Source: Alphaproteobacteria bacterium MarineAlpha9_Bin6 (lineage in GTDB: Bacteria; Pseudomonadota; Alphaproteobacteria; UBA7887). Taken from it: DNA of 62,223 nt. Below, piece after piece: positions 1-9,409 of this stretch (the stretch's first letter is position 1; each line of letters starts with the position of its first letter). The stretch lies in assembly GCA_002937585.1 (NCBI GenBank), contig PTKE01000004.1, forward strand, positions 1-62,223. The letters are read 5' to 3'. Under the pieces are notes generated by a model. The model did no database searches, was not told the DNA's origin, and was given only the letters and a program-made list of their open reading frames with translations. A program made the translations under genes and the position numbers.

Positions 1-1151
1 AATTCTACGCCATTTAGGAAATCGATTAATGCTTCAGTCACTGCCGTGGGTTGTTCTTGCTGGACCCAGTGGCCGGCGCCTTCTATCAGGTGACAGCCGC
101 GAATGTCAGTTAAAGTTTCAGCCTGCATGCGTTCAAATGCGCCGGGCATTTGGTATACACCCCAGTCGCTTTTTCCTGCGATGAAGCACGACGGAATGTC
201 GATTGTCTTCCCAGCGAATAGTTTCAGTTCATTGTCGAAAGCTCCCGTGGTGGAACACCGATACCATTGTAGGCCGCCCTGAAACCCGGTGACTTCAAAT
301 GCGCAGCTGTAAACCTGTAGTTCATCATCGGTCAGCCATTGGCACTTTTCGATTTCGGCAAGTGTGGGCATTTCGGGTGCTACGGTATCAGGCATATTTT
401 GGTGCAGATGCATGATATAATAGGTCGGCAGTTTGGCCAATTCACCGGCGGTCCAGGATCTAAGTGGGAACGGCCTGTTTTGCTGCCAGTCCGCGCTCTT
501 GTGATGGTAGTAGGCGCGAAGGAAACTATGGAGGCCTTGCGGGCAATTCCGCATATCCCCGTCTGCCTCACGGGTTGAATAATACCATTGGTAGTGTTTG
601 CGAGGCTTACTGAGTGCTGCAAGGGTTTCATGGATGTCAGGAGCATTTGTCTGGGATTGCCGAGGAGACCCTCTGTGTGAAACTAGTTTTGGCGCGCCCG
701 CAAAAGGTGCGCTCATCAGTGATACACCGCGAAACACGTCTGGTCGCGTCAACGCGCAATAAGCGGCTACAGGTGAACCAAAATCGTGTCCTATTACGAG
801 AGCTTCTCGATAATTTAGCGCCGACAAGAGCCCGAGTGCGTCCTTCACTAAATTAGTCATTCGGAAGGATTTAAGTTCTCCATCGTATGTGGCATTCCAA
901 CCCCTTGTGCCTCCGTATCCGCGTTGGTCAGGCGCCACCACGTAGTAACCTGCGGCTGCGATGGGAGCCATTATTTTGCGCCAGCTGTAGGCTAGCTCAG
1001 GAAACCCGTGGAGAAGTAGGACGCAGGGCTGTTTGCCATTCTCAAAGCCGGCTTCAAGAATATGCATTTTGAGACCGTTGCCGTTAGCCACGAAGCGAGA
1101 TCGTAGGCCGTTAGGTAGGATGCCATGATTAAGGAATGGCAGTTGCGTCAT
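1..1151 (-). CDS. Epoxide-hydrolase-type alpha/beta-fold hydrolase; C-terminus cut by the left window edge
   Basis: This gene is absent from the ORF track because it runs off the edge. My reverse-strand translation starts at ATG 1151 (GGAGA 5 nt upstream) and reads MTQLPFLNHG...VLLLHGFPELAYSWRK...VIGHDFGSPVA...GAGHWVQQEQPTAVTEALIDFLNGVE with no stop down to position 1. The HGFPE motif, the GHDxGS nucleophile elbow and the C-terminal GHW are epoxide-hydrolase hallmarks. Confidence 0.8.
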   Translation of the reverse strand, partial: MTQLPFLNHGILPNGLRSRFVANGNGLKMHILEAGFENGKQPCVLLLHGFPELAYSWRKIMAPIAAAGYYVVAPDQRGYGGTRGWNATYDGELKSFRMTNLVKDALGLLSALNYREALVIGHDFGSPVAAYCALTRPDVFRGVSLMSAPFAGAPKLVSHRGSPRQSQTNAPDIHETLAALSKPRKHYQWYYSTREADGDMRNCPQGLHSFLRAYYHHKSADWQQNRPFPLRSWTAGELAKLPTYYIMHLHQNMPDTVAPEMPTLAEIEKCQWLTDDELQVYSCAFEVTGFQGGLQWYRCSTTGAFDNELKLFAGKTIDIPSCFIAGKSDWGVYQMPGAFERMQAETLTDIRGCHLIEGAGHWVQQEQPTAVTEALIDFLNGVE

Positions 1152-1372
1152 CCTGATCTCCATTCGTTTGCTGATAAGGTGGTTGCTTTAGATTTAAACT
1201 CTCTAGGTCTTTCACAAAAGACTGGTTTTCGTTTTATCGTTCTTTTGGATATACGTAATTATCAAGCTTGTTAGGATTAGAAAATTAGAAGTTGGGGTTA
1301 ACTGGATTTTGGAGCGTACGAGAATTCGGCAACCTGACTAACTTTATGTGACCAATTAATTTTGTAGCTTCC

Positions 1373-1882
1373 ATGGCAACATTGATGTTGCTCCGCCACG
1401 CTAAGTCGAGTCGAGTTCAGTCGAATATCCCAGATATCGATCGGCCTTTGAACAATCGCGGTCGCGGAGCAAGTCAGAAAATGGCTCAATTTATGGCTGA
1501 ACAAGGTCTTACTGCCGATCTTGTTTTATGCTCATCTGCGCGCCGTGCTCGCGAAACATTAGACCAGCTGTCGCTAGTGCTTATTGGAGAACCTATACTT
1601 TTGTTCGATTCGGCGTTTTATAGAGCTGATGCTTGTGCGCTGCTATATGGTTTGCGAGCAGTCACCAAAGATGTTGAGCGGATATTGCTTATTGGTCACA
1701 ATCCGAGCATCAGTGACCTTGCATCCATGTTAGTTAATGGCGGTGCGAAAGAGGGGATTAATTCTATGACGAGGAAAGTTCCAACAGCCGCTTTGGCCAT
1801 ATTTAGTTTAAGTATTTCTTGGTCAGACGTTGGTCCAGCATGCGCGACGCTCGACCGTTTCGTGACCCCAAGGGATTTTTAA
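1373..1882 (+). CDS. SixA-family histidine phosphatase (phosphohistidine phosphatase-like)
   Basis: The ORF is 169 aa. It carries LLRHAKS (RH catalytic motif), RPLNNRG, SSARRARET and IGHNPS, and its size and layout match SixA-type histidine phosphatase superfamily branch 1. Confidence 0.75.
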   Translation: MATLMLLRHAKSSRVQSNIPDIDRPLNNRGRGASQKMAQFMAEQGLTADLVLCSSARRARETLDQLSLVLIGEPILLFDSAFYRADACALLYGLRAVTKDVERILLIGHNPSISDLASMLVNGGAKEGINSMTRKVPTAALAIFSLSISWSDVGPACATLDRFVTPRDF

Positions 1883-1918
1883 TTTAAAGTTCTATGCGGG
1901 TAACTAAGAGCAAATACA

Positions 1919-2480
1919 TCACATAATGTGTGGAATTTTAATTTTAGTATCGACGCATTTTGCCGATACATAGCCAGCATAAATAGTTGATATGGCATCG
2001 GCCGCCAGGCTGCTGTCGGACTCGACTTTTTCACCAAATGCCGCGGCGCGATAGAATGCCTAGTGCTGTTTTTTTTCCGCCGTTCGCATGCGTTCTACGC
2101 TAGCTCCAGCTTGTTCAAGCGCTGTTTGTTTTGGCGCATTAGCGCCGTTGAAGTCAACACTTCCATCACCGAAATAGCCGGTCAAAGTTTTTTCGACTAT
2201 CGCATATTTATCGCGTTCAAGTGCTGCTATTACAATTTCTTCGTGAACGTAGGATGGGGTGCATACGTGAATCACATCGATCGCATCGAGGAAGGAGTCT
2301 AAGTTGTCCCACACTTTGAGGCCGCGTTGCTTAGCGAAGAATGCCGAGTTGTTGTGGTTTGGTGAAATAAACGCCACGCAAAAGAACTTTTACGCTGAAT
2401 ACTCGCCGTATTGCCTCAAAATCGAAGGCAGCAGCAAACCCAGATCCGACAATTCCTGAGCGAACGTTTGGTCTGCCCAA
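1919..2480 (-). pseudogene. Decayed Gfo/Idh/MocA-family oxidoreductase (frameshift, in-frame stop and probable internal deletion)
   Basis: Reverse-strand reading from TTG 2480 gives LGRPNVRSGIVGSGFAAAF...LLRGVY, a Rossmann GxGxxA start, which then hits a stop at 2331. The protein continues in another frame as track ORF 2377..2060 (ISPNHNNSAFFAKQRGLKVWDNLDSFLDAIDVIHVCTPSYVHEEIVIAALERDKYAIVEK). An in-frame TAG at 2062-2060 sits beside an A8 run. A further 46 sense codons follow (AFYRAAAFGEKVE...ISTIYAGYVSAKC) to TGA 1921-1919. The total is about 190 aa, against the 330-400 aa usual for this family. Confidence 0.6.
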
Positions 2481-2555
2481 AATTTAACCCCCGGGGTGAT
2501 CCTTTAAATGAAGATGTGGCCAGATGGCAAAAGTTTGTTTTTGGGCAGAATATTT

Positions 2556-3584
2556 TTAATCGCGTGGAGTACGGAAGTAGTCATAGCGGCTCGCTGACTT
2601 CACTGTTACCTCAACGCCAACGGCATCTCGCATGACTGTCAGCGGCACAACGGTGCCTGCATCACCCAGGTTCCACATTTTTCGGTACATATGCGCTAAG
2701 TCATTAATGGGCTCTTCGGCGACGCGAAGTATTACATCGTCCAGCGCTAAACCAGAACGGTGGGCTGGGCCTTCGGGAGTGAGATGCACTACCACTAACC
2801 CCGTTTGTGTTTCGGCGGTGAACATTCCAAGCCATGGTCGAGGCGGTCGTCGGACTCGGCCAGCCGAGAGTAAATCATCAAGTATTGGTCTCAATAGCTC
2901 GATAGGAACAAACATATTGCCGCGTGTACCTACAGTGTCGTTTGCCGCATCGTCAATTAAAAGAGAACCTATGCCGTACAGTAGGCCATCAACGCCTATT
3001 AGAGCTGCACCGCTCCAGTTTGGATGTGCGGGAGCAGTAAAAATCGCATTTTCTAGAAGATATTCCCAATAACCAGCAAACTCATGCCTGTCAATTATTG
3101 TGGCACTAATGCAATGGTCTGGCCCACCATGCGCGGCTATAATAACTTCGGAGCCTTGTTCTAATTTTGTTGAGTCTCCAAGTTTGATAGGGGTTAAATT
3201 AAGTGGCTTTTGTGCCCGCGCGAGACCAAAGCCCGAATCGAAATCGTAACCAACATAGTCAGCGCTGATCCAACTTCCATCCTGTGCCATCACCCACACT
3301 GCGCGGGACTCAAGCAACAGATATCCTATCGTAAGAATTAGTCCATCCGAATTGATTAGTGCCGCATTACCTTCTCGTTCCAAGCCAAGATATGGTGCCG
3401 TGTGGGCGTCTGATGGCACTTCAGTGCGGATGGAGGTCACTGATGCTGCAATTAGCTTAGGGTCGACTATCACTTTGCTTACATCAAGCGCAGCAGAGGA
3501 CCTTTCTTGGTGGAACAGCTGGGCCAAGATTTTAGGGGGTCGGTGCCCATTTACTTTGTTTTCGCCTTTGGGCGTGTCTGCCAC
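2556..3584 (-). CDS. S1C (HtrA-like) trypsin-fold protein with C-terminal PDZ domain; possibly a non-canonical catalytic set
   Basis: The ORF is 342 aa with a GTG start and AGGA 8 nt upstream. The trypsin-like core ends in PNWSGAAL (compare HtrA GNSGGAL). A PDZ-like segment follows (PWLGMF...GLVVVHLTPEGPAHRSGLALDDVILRV). No N-terminal hydrophobic signal peptide is visible. Confidence 0.7.
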   Translation of the reverse strand: MADTPKGENKVNGHRPPKILAQLFHQERSSAALDVSKVIVDPKLIAASVTSIRTEVPSDAHTAPYLGLEREGNAALINSDGLILTIGYLLLESRAVWVMAQDGSWISADYVGYDFDSGFGLARAQKPLNLTPIKLGDSTKLEQGSEVIIAAHGGPDHCISATIIDRHEFAGYWEYLLENAIFTAPAHPNWSGAALIGVDGLLYGIGSLLIDDAANDTVGTRGNMFVPIELLRPILDDLLSAGRVRRPPRPWLGMFTAETQTGLVVVHLTPEGPAHRSGLALDDVILRVAEEPINDLAHMYRKMWNLGDAGTVVPLTVMRDAVGVEVTVKSASRYDYFRTPRD

Positions 3585-3722
3585 TGTTCAATCCTAAAAG
3601 CCGTACAACATTGTCTGTCAATCGTAATGAAGTTCTATCAGAAAATTGGCGGTCAAACATCTCCTCACTTTTGAGTTTAGTGCCTGTATATGCACGCGTA
3701 TCCGCTATATATTTATTTGAGT

Positions 3723-5162
3723 TTAGCCGCCCAGATGGAAATTGAGTCTTAATTCCCGCCATTTTTCAAACTCGTTTCCCGGTAGGCCTATAAGCGTTTT
3801 TGTTTTACTTACCGCCCGATAGGCACTTTCGGCCAATGCTCTGTATCGCTCATTTGTTTCCTCCACTTTGTCCAGATATTCGATCAATAAGATTACGCCA
3901 TTTCGATTTAGTAAGACGCGTAATAGGACGGGTTTTAGGTCAGCGTCCAGGGAGCCCGGCGGCAAGCGCCAATTTGCTGTAATTTGTGAATTAATTAGCT
4001 TGGAAATTTCGGAATCTAATGGAGTGCCACTGGCACCCTCAAATGCGCTCGCTTTTACCATCACCTGGTTAATAGAAGCGGATTTCGTTCTTGCAATATC
4101 TGTTTGTGACACTTGCCTATCTATTTGTTTTTTCTCCAGTTCTGCAATTTTTTGCAAAACCGAAGCAAACGGGTCGGGTGGTGGCTCTTCTGGAGGAACT
4201 TTTGCTGATGCTGGGACCCTGGGTGATGTCGCCGGTGTCGCCAGGATGCTTCGGTCCATGTCAGTTGGCTCGGCGATAGTGGGGGACGGTCTAGATTGGT
4301 ACAGCGCTAATTCGATGGGCCCCGTGGCCGTGGCTATCTGATTTTGTCTCTCAATTCCTTCAATATGTATCGATTCTGTTTTGGGTTCATCGACTGAGGC
4401 TAGTGGGGGAACTATTTTTAATGGTGCTGGTCGTGTGGGTATCTGTGCGGAGGTTGAAATTGTAAAAACTAACAACGACTTCGGGTTCTCATCTGATTCG
4501 GGCCAGTATAATTCGGAAGGAGTAGGTGCTTGCGCGGGCGCACTGAGTTGCGTTGGTTCTATCTGTATGCGTTCACTTGCGGTTAGCGTTAGCCTTTTTA
4601 TAATTTGTCTCGCTGCTGGTTCAGGTCTTGGCATTAGGCTTGGTGTCGGTAGCGTTTGTACTATGGAGAGATTGCCCGTGGCTGTTATCAACGCCAGCAT
4701 TAATTTTGTTTCTCCTAACGGTCCGGGTTCGTTAATGGCCTCTGCCAGAAATCGGTGTGGCGGGTCTACGGGAGCAACCTTCTTGGGTGTGGCTGAGTTG
4801 GTGTTTGGAACTATCCCCATAATTAACGTATTTTGTTTTGCTATTTCTTGAAGACGGTGCGGCACCGTTCCTGCGAGTAAATCGTTCACCGGGTCGGCCT
4901 GGGCAACAATTGCTGGTAGGGTGATCGCCGTTGCCGACTCCATGCTCGGTTCGGATGCAGATAGTGCCGCACCATCTCCCTCAGCAATCAGCTTTAAATA
5001 GATAATTTCCGGCGATGACACCTTGATGCGAGAAAATTCGAGTGTCATTAATGATATGACGGCAACATGGACTAGTGCTGCCAGCGTCACCGCGAGGCCT
5101 AGCTGGCCTAGGGTTACCTGGATCATAGTTTTGCCAAAATAGGCTTCGCTAAGTCCGTACAT
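3723..5162 (-). CDS. TolA/TonB-like membrane-anchored protein with a long Pro/Ala/Ser/Thr-rich spacer
   Basis: The ORF is 479 aa. It has one N-terminal TM helix (LGLAVTLAALVHVAVISLM) and a low-complexity spacer of about 330 aa. The C-terminal ~90 aa (ITANWRLPPGSLDADLKPVLLRVLLNRNGVILLIEYL...) resemble TolA domain III or the TonB C-terminal fold. The start could be M1 or M13. Confidence 0.55.
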   Translation of the reverse strand: MYGLSEAYFGKTMIQVTLGQLGLAVTLAALVHVAVISLMTLEFSRIKVSSPEIIYLKLIAEGDGAALSASEPSMESATAITLPAIVAQADPVNDLLAGTVPHRLQEIAKQNTLIMGIVPNTNSATPKKVAPVDPPHRFLAEAINEPGPLGETKLMLALITATGNLSIVQTLPTPSLMPRPEPAARQIIKRLTLTASERIQIEPTQLSAPAQAPTPSELYWPESDENPKSLLVFTISTSAQIPTRPAPLKIVPPLASVDEPKTESIHIEGIERQNQIATATGPIELALYQSRPSPTIAEPTDMDRSILATPATSPRVPASAKVPPEEPPPDPFASVLQKIAELEKKQIDRQVSQTDIARTKSASINQVMVKASAFEGASGTPLDSEISKLINSQITANWRLPPGSLDADLKPVLLRVLLNRNGVILLIEYLDKVEETNERYRALAESAYRAVSKTKTLIGLPGNEFEKWRELRLNFHLGG

Positions 5163-5367
5163 TCCCGTTTGCAGTTTAGACCGTTTTAATGATATGCGAA
5201 ATTGGCATAATCACGTGGATGATGCTCTGTTTGGAGCCACATTACGTTGAGCTACTAAAGTATGAGGTCATAAATTTAATTGAAATAAAAATTTATGCGC
5301 CTGCTGATCTCAATCATCGGATGGAAATGCGGGATCGTCATTCGCTCTACTGTTTCCTGAGCACCCC

Positions 5368-7008
5368 CTAATCACTGCGTCTTGCACCGAATTGGTGAGG
5401 CCTAAAAAGGTTGGTCTTATTCCTGAAAAAAGGCAAGAAGAGTAGGGCGAAAACGGCCAATAGGGCAGCAAGTTGTGTTACATCGTTGAAAGCCATGATC
5501 ATTGCTTGGCGCGTAGCTATCTCTACTAATAAGTTCAGTCCGGCTTGCTCTGCAGTGGGTGAGTTACCATAACGCCCTTCAAATAATTCGGACAACCGTG
5601 GCAAGGACTCACCAACCGACGGTTGGTCGAATGATACGGTATCCGCAATTTCTGAATAATGACGTAACGTTCTGTTTTCTAATTCGTTGCTGCCGACTGC
5701 GATTGCAACAGCAGCGCCCAGACGCATCACTAAATTGAACAATGCGCTAGCGTTCTTAACTTTATCCGGAGGCACTGAACTCAGCGCTAAAGTAACCACG
5801 GATAACCAGCAGCACTGAGAAGCTAGCCCGCGCACTACCTGTGGTAGAACCAGCTCAGCAAAACCGTAATCAGCAGTAAGTTGGCCCTGAAGCCAGGTGC
5901 CGATAGCCATTCCGCCAAATCCTATGAATGCAACCCAGCGCAGCTGAACTAGGCGGAGGAGCAGTCCTGCAATCGGCGTAGAAATTGCCATCGAAAGCCC
6001 CAATACCACCACAATGGTGCCAATCTCAAAGGTGTCGATTGCCCGCACCTCTGCAAGATAAAGGGGTAGAAGAAACAAAGGCACATATAGGATTGCGCCG
6101 AACACGAAGATGTAAAAACAGCTGATCGAAAAGTCGCGATTCAAAAAAGCGCGCAAATCTACTACTGGGTGACGACAAGTTAATTCTCGCCAAAGGAATA
6201 AATAGGCTGATAAGCCCGAGACTAAAGTGAGAGAGAGAATTAAACGCGAATCGAACCAATCGTGTCGGCGACCCTCTTCGAGTACCACTAAAAGGCAGAG
6301 CAAAGCGGTCGCGGCCAGGCTAATGCCCAAGAAATCAATATTCCGTGCCAGCGATGGTTCGGCTTTATCGATCCGGATCAAAAACATTGAAGCAAACATA
6401 AGTGCGAAACCGGTTGGTACGCTGATCCAGAAAATCCAGTGCCAAGAAAGGATATCGGTGATCCAGCCACCTAACACAGGTCCAGCAGCAGAAGACGTTA
6501 CCATGCAAAACGACAGTATGGTCATCACCGTGGTTTGGCGGTGTGGTGGAAATATCGTGTAAACGGCGGCAAAGACCAGTGGCATTAATGCGCCGCCGCT
6601 AAAGCCCTGTAAGGCCCGGAATACAATCATAGATTCTATGTTCCAGGCGCTCGCGCAGCCTATGCTTGCAAGGCTGAAACCTCCCAAACAAGCAGTGAAT
6701 AGCCATCGTGTGGAACACATTCGTGATAGCCATCCTGATAACGGTAACATGATGACTTCGGCGATCAGGGCCGAAGTTAACACCCAACTGATTTGATCCG
6801 AACCAGCCGCAAGGCCGCCTTGTATCTCTTTAAAGGAGCTATTAACGATTTGAATATTGGTGAGGCCTAAATACATCCCTAGGCACATCACAGAGAAGGC
6901 GACGATGTCCCGAGTTGACGGATTAGCACTGGGGGGTTCACCAGCGAAATCCGGCGAGTTGTTAAACACAGGGTTCGGGGTGCAGGGGGGGCGACCTGTG
7001 TTAGACAT
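5368..7008 (-). CDS. MFS transporter, DHA2 (EmrB/QacA-like, 14-TMS) drug:H+ antiporter family
   Basis: The ORF is 546 aa and hydrophobic throughout, with about 14 helices. It has an MFS motif-A-like LSGWLSRMCSTRW and the central extra helix pair typical of DHA2. Confidence 0.8.
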   Translation of the reverse strand: MSNTGRPPCTPNPVFNNSPDFAGEPPSANPSTRDIVAFSVMCLGMYLGLTNIQIVNSSFKEIQGGLAAGSDQISWVLTSALIAEVIMLPLSGWLSRMCSTRWLFTACLGGFSLASIGCASAWNIESMIVFRALQGFSGGALMPLVFAAVYTIFPPHRQTTVMTILSFCMVTSSAAGPVLGGWITDILSWHWIFWISVPTGFALMFASMFLIRIDKAEPSLARNIDFLGISLAATALLCLLVVLEEGRRHDWFDSRLILSLTLVSGLSAYLFLWRELTCRHPVVDLRAFLNRDFSISCFYIFVFGAILYVPLFLLPLYLAEVRAIDTFEIGTIVVVLGLSMAISTPIAGLLLRLVQLRWVAFIGFGGMAIGTWLQGQLTADYGFAELVLPQVVRGLASQCCWLSVVTLALSSVPPDKVKNASALFNLVMRLGAAVAIAVGSNELENRTLRHYSEIADTVSFDQPSVGESLPRLSELFEGRYGNSPTAEQAGLNLLVEIATRQAMIMAFNDVTQLAALLAVFALLFLPFFRNKTNLFRPHQFGARRSD

Positions 7009-7020
7009 TGGGATCAGGTT

Positions 7021-7713
7021 TTACCAGCCCGGCCCGAGGGGACGCCAGGCATGGGTTGTGTCAATCGGTGCATCAACACCAGGTCGCGCGAGCCCCTTCT
7101 CTGAGAGTCGTAGCCGGATTAGTGGCAGATGTTCGCGACCCCAAAAAATCTCATCATCCAGAACGTAGGTAGGAACACCGAAAACGCCTTTTTTTTCGGC
7201 CTCAGTGCGAACTTTATCGTGCAATAAACGACCCTCATCAGCTGCAAAAGCGTCGAAGTCGGTGACGTCCACGTTCGTTTCTCCAAGCACTGATTTGATG
7301 ACTGACGTGTCTTCGATATCAAGCTCCCGACGCCAGAAGCGCTCGTAAACGTTGCTGTTATAATCCCGACACTTGCCATGTTTTTGCGCGTAAAGAAGGC
7401 CAATACCAGCGAGAGAAGAATCCCAAATTTTTTGTGGTCCTCGTATGGTCAAGCCGCGTAAATTAGCGTAACGGCGCGCGTCCATGTATGAGTATCGTAC
7501 TTTCCGCCACTGATGTGGGGACCGGTCTTCTTCCAATACCTCTCCCTGATTATTTACTTTAGCGCTGCCCAGAAAATCCGGAATATCCAGAGTGTAGGGA
7601 AGCCATTCAAGAGCAACTTTGTAATCACGTGCGAGCGTCCATGTTGGTTCTACGGCGAGGTAGGCGTAAGGGCTTTTATAATCAATATAAACCGTGACAC
7701 GTTGATCAATCAT
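7021..7713 (-). CDS. DsbA-fold 2-hydroxychromene-2-carboxylate isomerase family protein
   Basis: The ORF is 230 aa with AAGGA upstream of the ATG. VTVYIDYKSPYAYLA at the N-terminus and GVFGVPTYVLDDEIFWGREHL near the C-terminus are characteristic of the HCCA isomerase/DsbA-like family. Confidence 0.75.
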   Translation of the reverse strand: MIDQRVTVYIDYKSPYAYLAVEPTWTLARDYKVALEWLPYTLDIPDFLGSAKVNNQGEVLEEDRSPHQWRKVRYSYMDARRYANLRGLTIRGPQKIWDSSLAGIGLLYAQKHGKCRDYNSNVYERFWRRELDIEDTSVIKSVLGETNVDVTDFDAFAADEGRLLHDKVRTEAEKKGVFGVPTYVLDDEIFWGREHLPLIRLRLSEKGLARPGVDAPIDTTHAWRPLGPGW

Positions 7714-7907
7714 CAGCTGTCGTCCTTGTTTGGTTCTCGTAAGGCGTGGTACGCAACCCAGCTTAATACCACCCTCAAGGTTGCGGCATAATTTTAAGCG
7801 TTGCGACTAATTTATTCCTTGTAACAATCTCGAGACGTTGTTTCCTTTTGTGCGCTCGCTATTTGGGATTCGTGATGTTTAGTAATGACAAAGGAGTGCC
7901 GGTTGTG

Positions 7908-9170
7908 ATGGCAAAGTGTGTTTCTCTTTTTTGTGGCGTTTTAACGCCCCTGTTGCTCTTAATTGTAGGGCATAGCGTTGGCTTTGCGGACAATCCGGGC
8001 CAGTCATTTCTGGCGCTGGAGTTTCAAGAAATCCGGGGTTATGTCTCTACTGAAGCACGACTGTTTCCTGAGCAACAGGCATTCCCCGGTCAGTCACGGC
8101 ATGAGATATCGATGGCTGCTGAGCCTGAGTATTATATAGAGTGGGAGAATTACACGAGCCTCACGGTTACCCCGTTCGCGCGTGTAGACTCTGCTGATTC
8201 CCGACGGACTCATGTCGATATGCGAGAGTTCTTGCTGAGAATAGTTCCTGGCAATTGGACGCTGGCGGCTGGTTTAGGCAAAGTCTTTTGGGGTGTGACG
8301 GAATCCAAGCATTTAATCGATATCGTCAATCAAACTGACATAATAGAGAGTTTAAATGGAGAGGATAAGTTTGGCCAGCCAATGGTCAACCTTTCCTTCA
8401 CTTACGACTGGGGCTTTGTCGATATGTTTGTGATGCCGTATTTTCGGGAGAGGCTTTTCCCTTCCCGGAGTGGGAGATTGCGAGGCTCTGTATTGGTGGA
8501 TGCTAGCCAAGCCCGTTTCAGTAGTGGCGCGGGAAGATGGCACCCAGATTTTGCAGTCCGGTACAGCAACAGCGTTGGTGGCTGGGACATAGGGGTATCG
8601 CATTTTTATGGGACCAATCGCGAACCGACCCTTAATAGTCTTGGATTAAGTGCGGATGGTACGGTCGTGTTAGTGCCAGAGTACGAGTTAGTAAATCAAT
8701 CCAGCATTGACCTTCAATACACCATTGGAGCATGGCTGTGGAAATTAGAGAGTTTATTTCGACAGGGCCAGAAGAACGCGCTTGGAACAGAGCAGAACTT
8801 TTATTCTTTCATCGGCGGCTTTGAATACAATGTTTTTGGCGCTTTCAAGACTAATTCAGATTTGGGATTGCTTATCGAATATATGCGTGATAGCCGACTC
8901 AATAAATCGACCGACTTACTACAACATGATGTTTTTACGGGTATCCGGTGGACGTTAAACGACGAGCCCGGCACTCAAGCTCTGATAGGCGTACTTCAGG
9001 ATCTTCGTGAAAGCACACGCCAGTTTTTTGTCGAAGCTAGCCGACGGATAAATGATAGAATGCGCGCTAGCGTGGAACTTCAGATTTCTAGTTCTATTGA
9101 GAGTGGTGACATCCTGAGTGATTTACGCGACGATGATTTCCTTGGAGTTGAGATCGCTTACTACTATTGA
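7908..9170 (+). CDS. Putative outer-membrane beta-barrel protein of unknown function
   Basis: The track ORF starts at TTG 7848. I prefer ATG 7908, which has AAGGAG upstream and yields the signal peptide MAKCVSLFCGVLTPLLLLIVGHSVGFA/DN. The sequence has alternating aromatic/polar beta-strand character and ends in EIAYYY, an aromatic OMP-type C-terminus. Confidence 0.5.
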   Translation: MAKCVSLFCGVLTPLLLLIVGHSVGFADNPGQSFLALEFQEIRGYVSTEARLFPEQQAFPGQSRHEISMAAEPEYYIEWENYTSLTVTPFARVDSADSRRTHVDMREFLLRIVPGNWTLAAGLGKVFWGVTESKHLIDIVNQTDIIESLNGEDKFGQPMVNLSFTYDWGFVDMFVMPYFRERLFPSRSGRLRGSVLVDASQARFSSGAGRWHPDFAVRYSNSVGGWDIGVSHFYGTNREPTLNSLGLSADGTVVLVPEYELVNQSSIDLQYTIGAWLWKLESLFRQGQKNALGTEQNFYSFIGGFEYNVFGAFKTNSDLGLLIEYMRDSRLNKSTDLLQHDVFTGIRWTLNDEPGTQALIGVLQDLRESTRQFFVEASRRINDRMRASVELQISSSIESGDILSDLRDDDFLGVEIAYYY

Positions 9171-9409
9171 CATATAGTGTGACTATGATCTCTATTGATA
9201 TAGTTTATGATGTTGCCGTGACTGTGTTTATTGAGGCACTTGAACCTTTTAAATCCGCTTCCTAAGTTAACCATCTACGAAAGCCGGTGCTTGTTTCCAG
9301 CCTTTCTTAACAAGGCCTTGTTGTGGTTTGGCATCCTTCCTGCTTTCTCTGTGGAGCGTTTGCTCTGCACGGTGATCGAATGTGCAGTATGAAGGGAGAG
9401 TGATGATCA

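Noticed and set aside
339-1072. Four short plus-strand (and one minus-strand out-of-frame) track ORFs of 61-88 aa at the left end
   Set aside because: They all lie inside, and either antisense to or out of frame with, the uninterrupted 383-codon epoxide-hydrolase reading frame on the minus strand. They have no ribosome-binding sites or recognisable motifs.
9365-9387. A CTGCAC...GTGCAG inverted repeat sharing the 10-mer CTGCACGGTG with a second palindrome at 20971-20983 (CTGCAC-G-GTGCAG). Both lie upstream of ABC transporter operons, so it could be a common operator.
   Set aside because: There are only two copies and the arms are 6 bp. The spacers differ (11 nt versus 1 nt), as do the distances to the start codons. 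I found it post hoc by eye. A genome-wide motif count would be needed before treating it as real.
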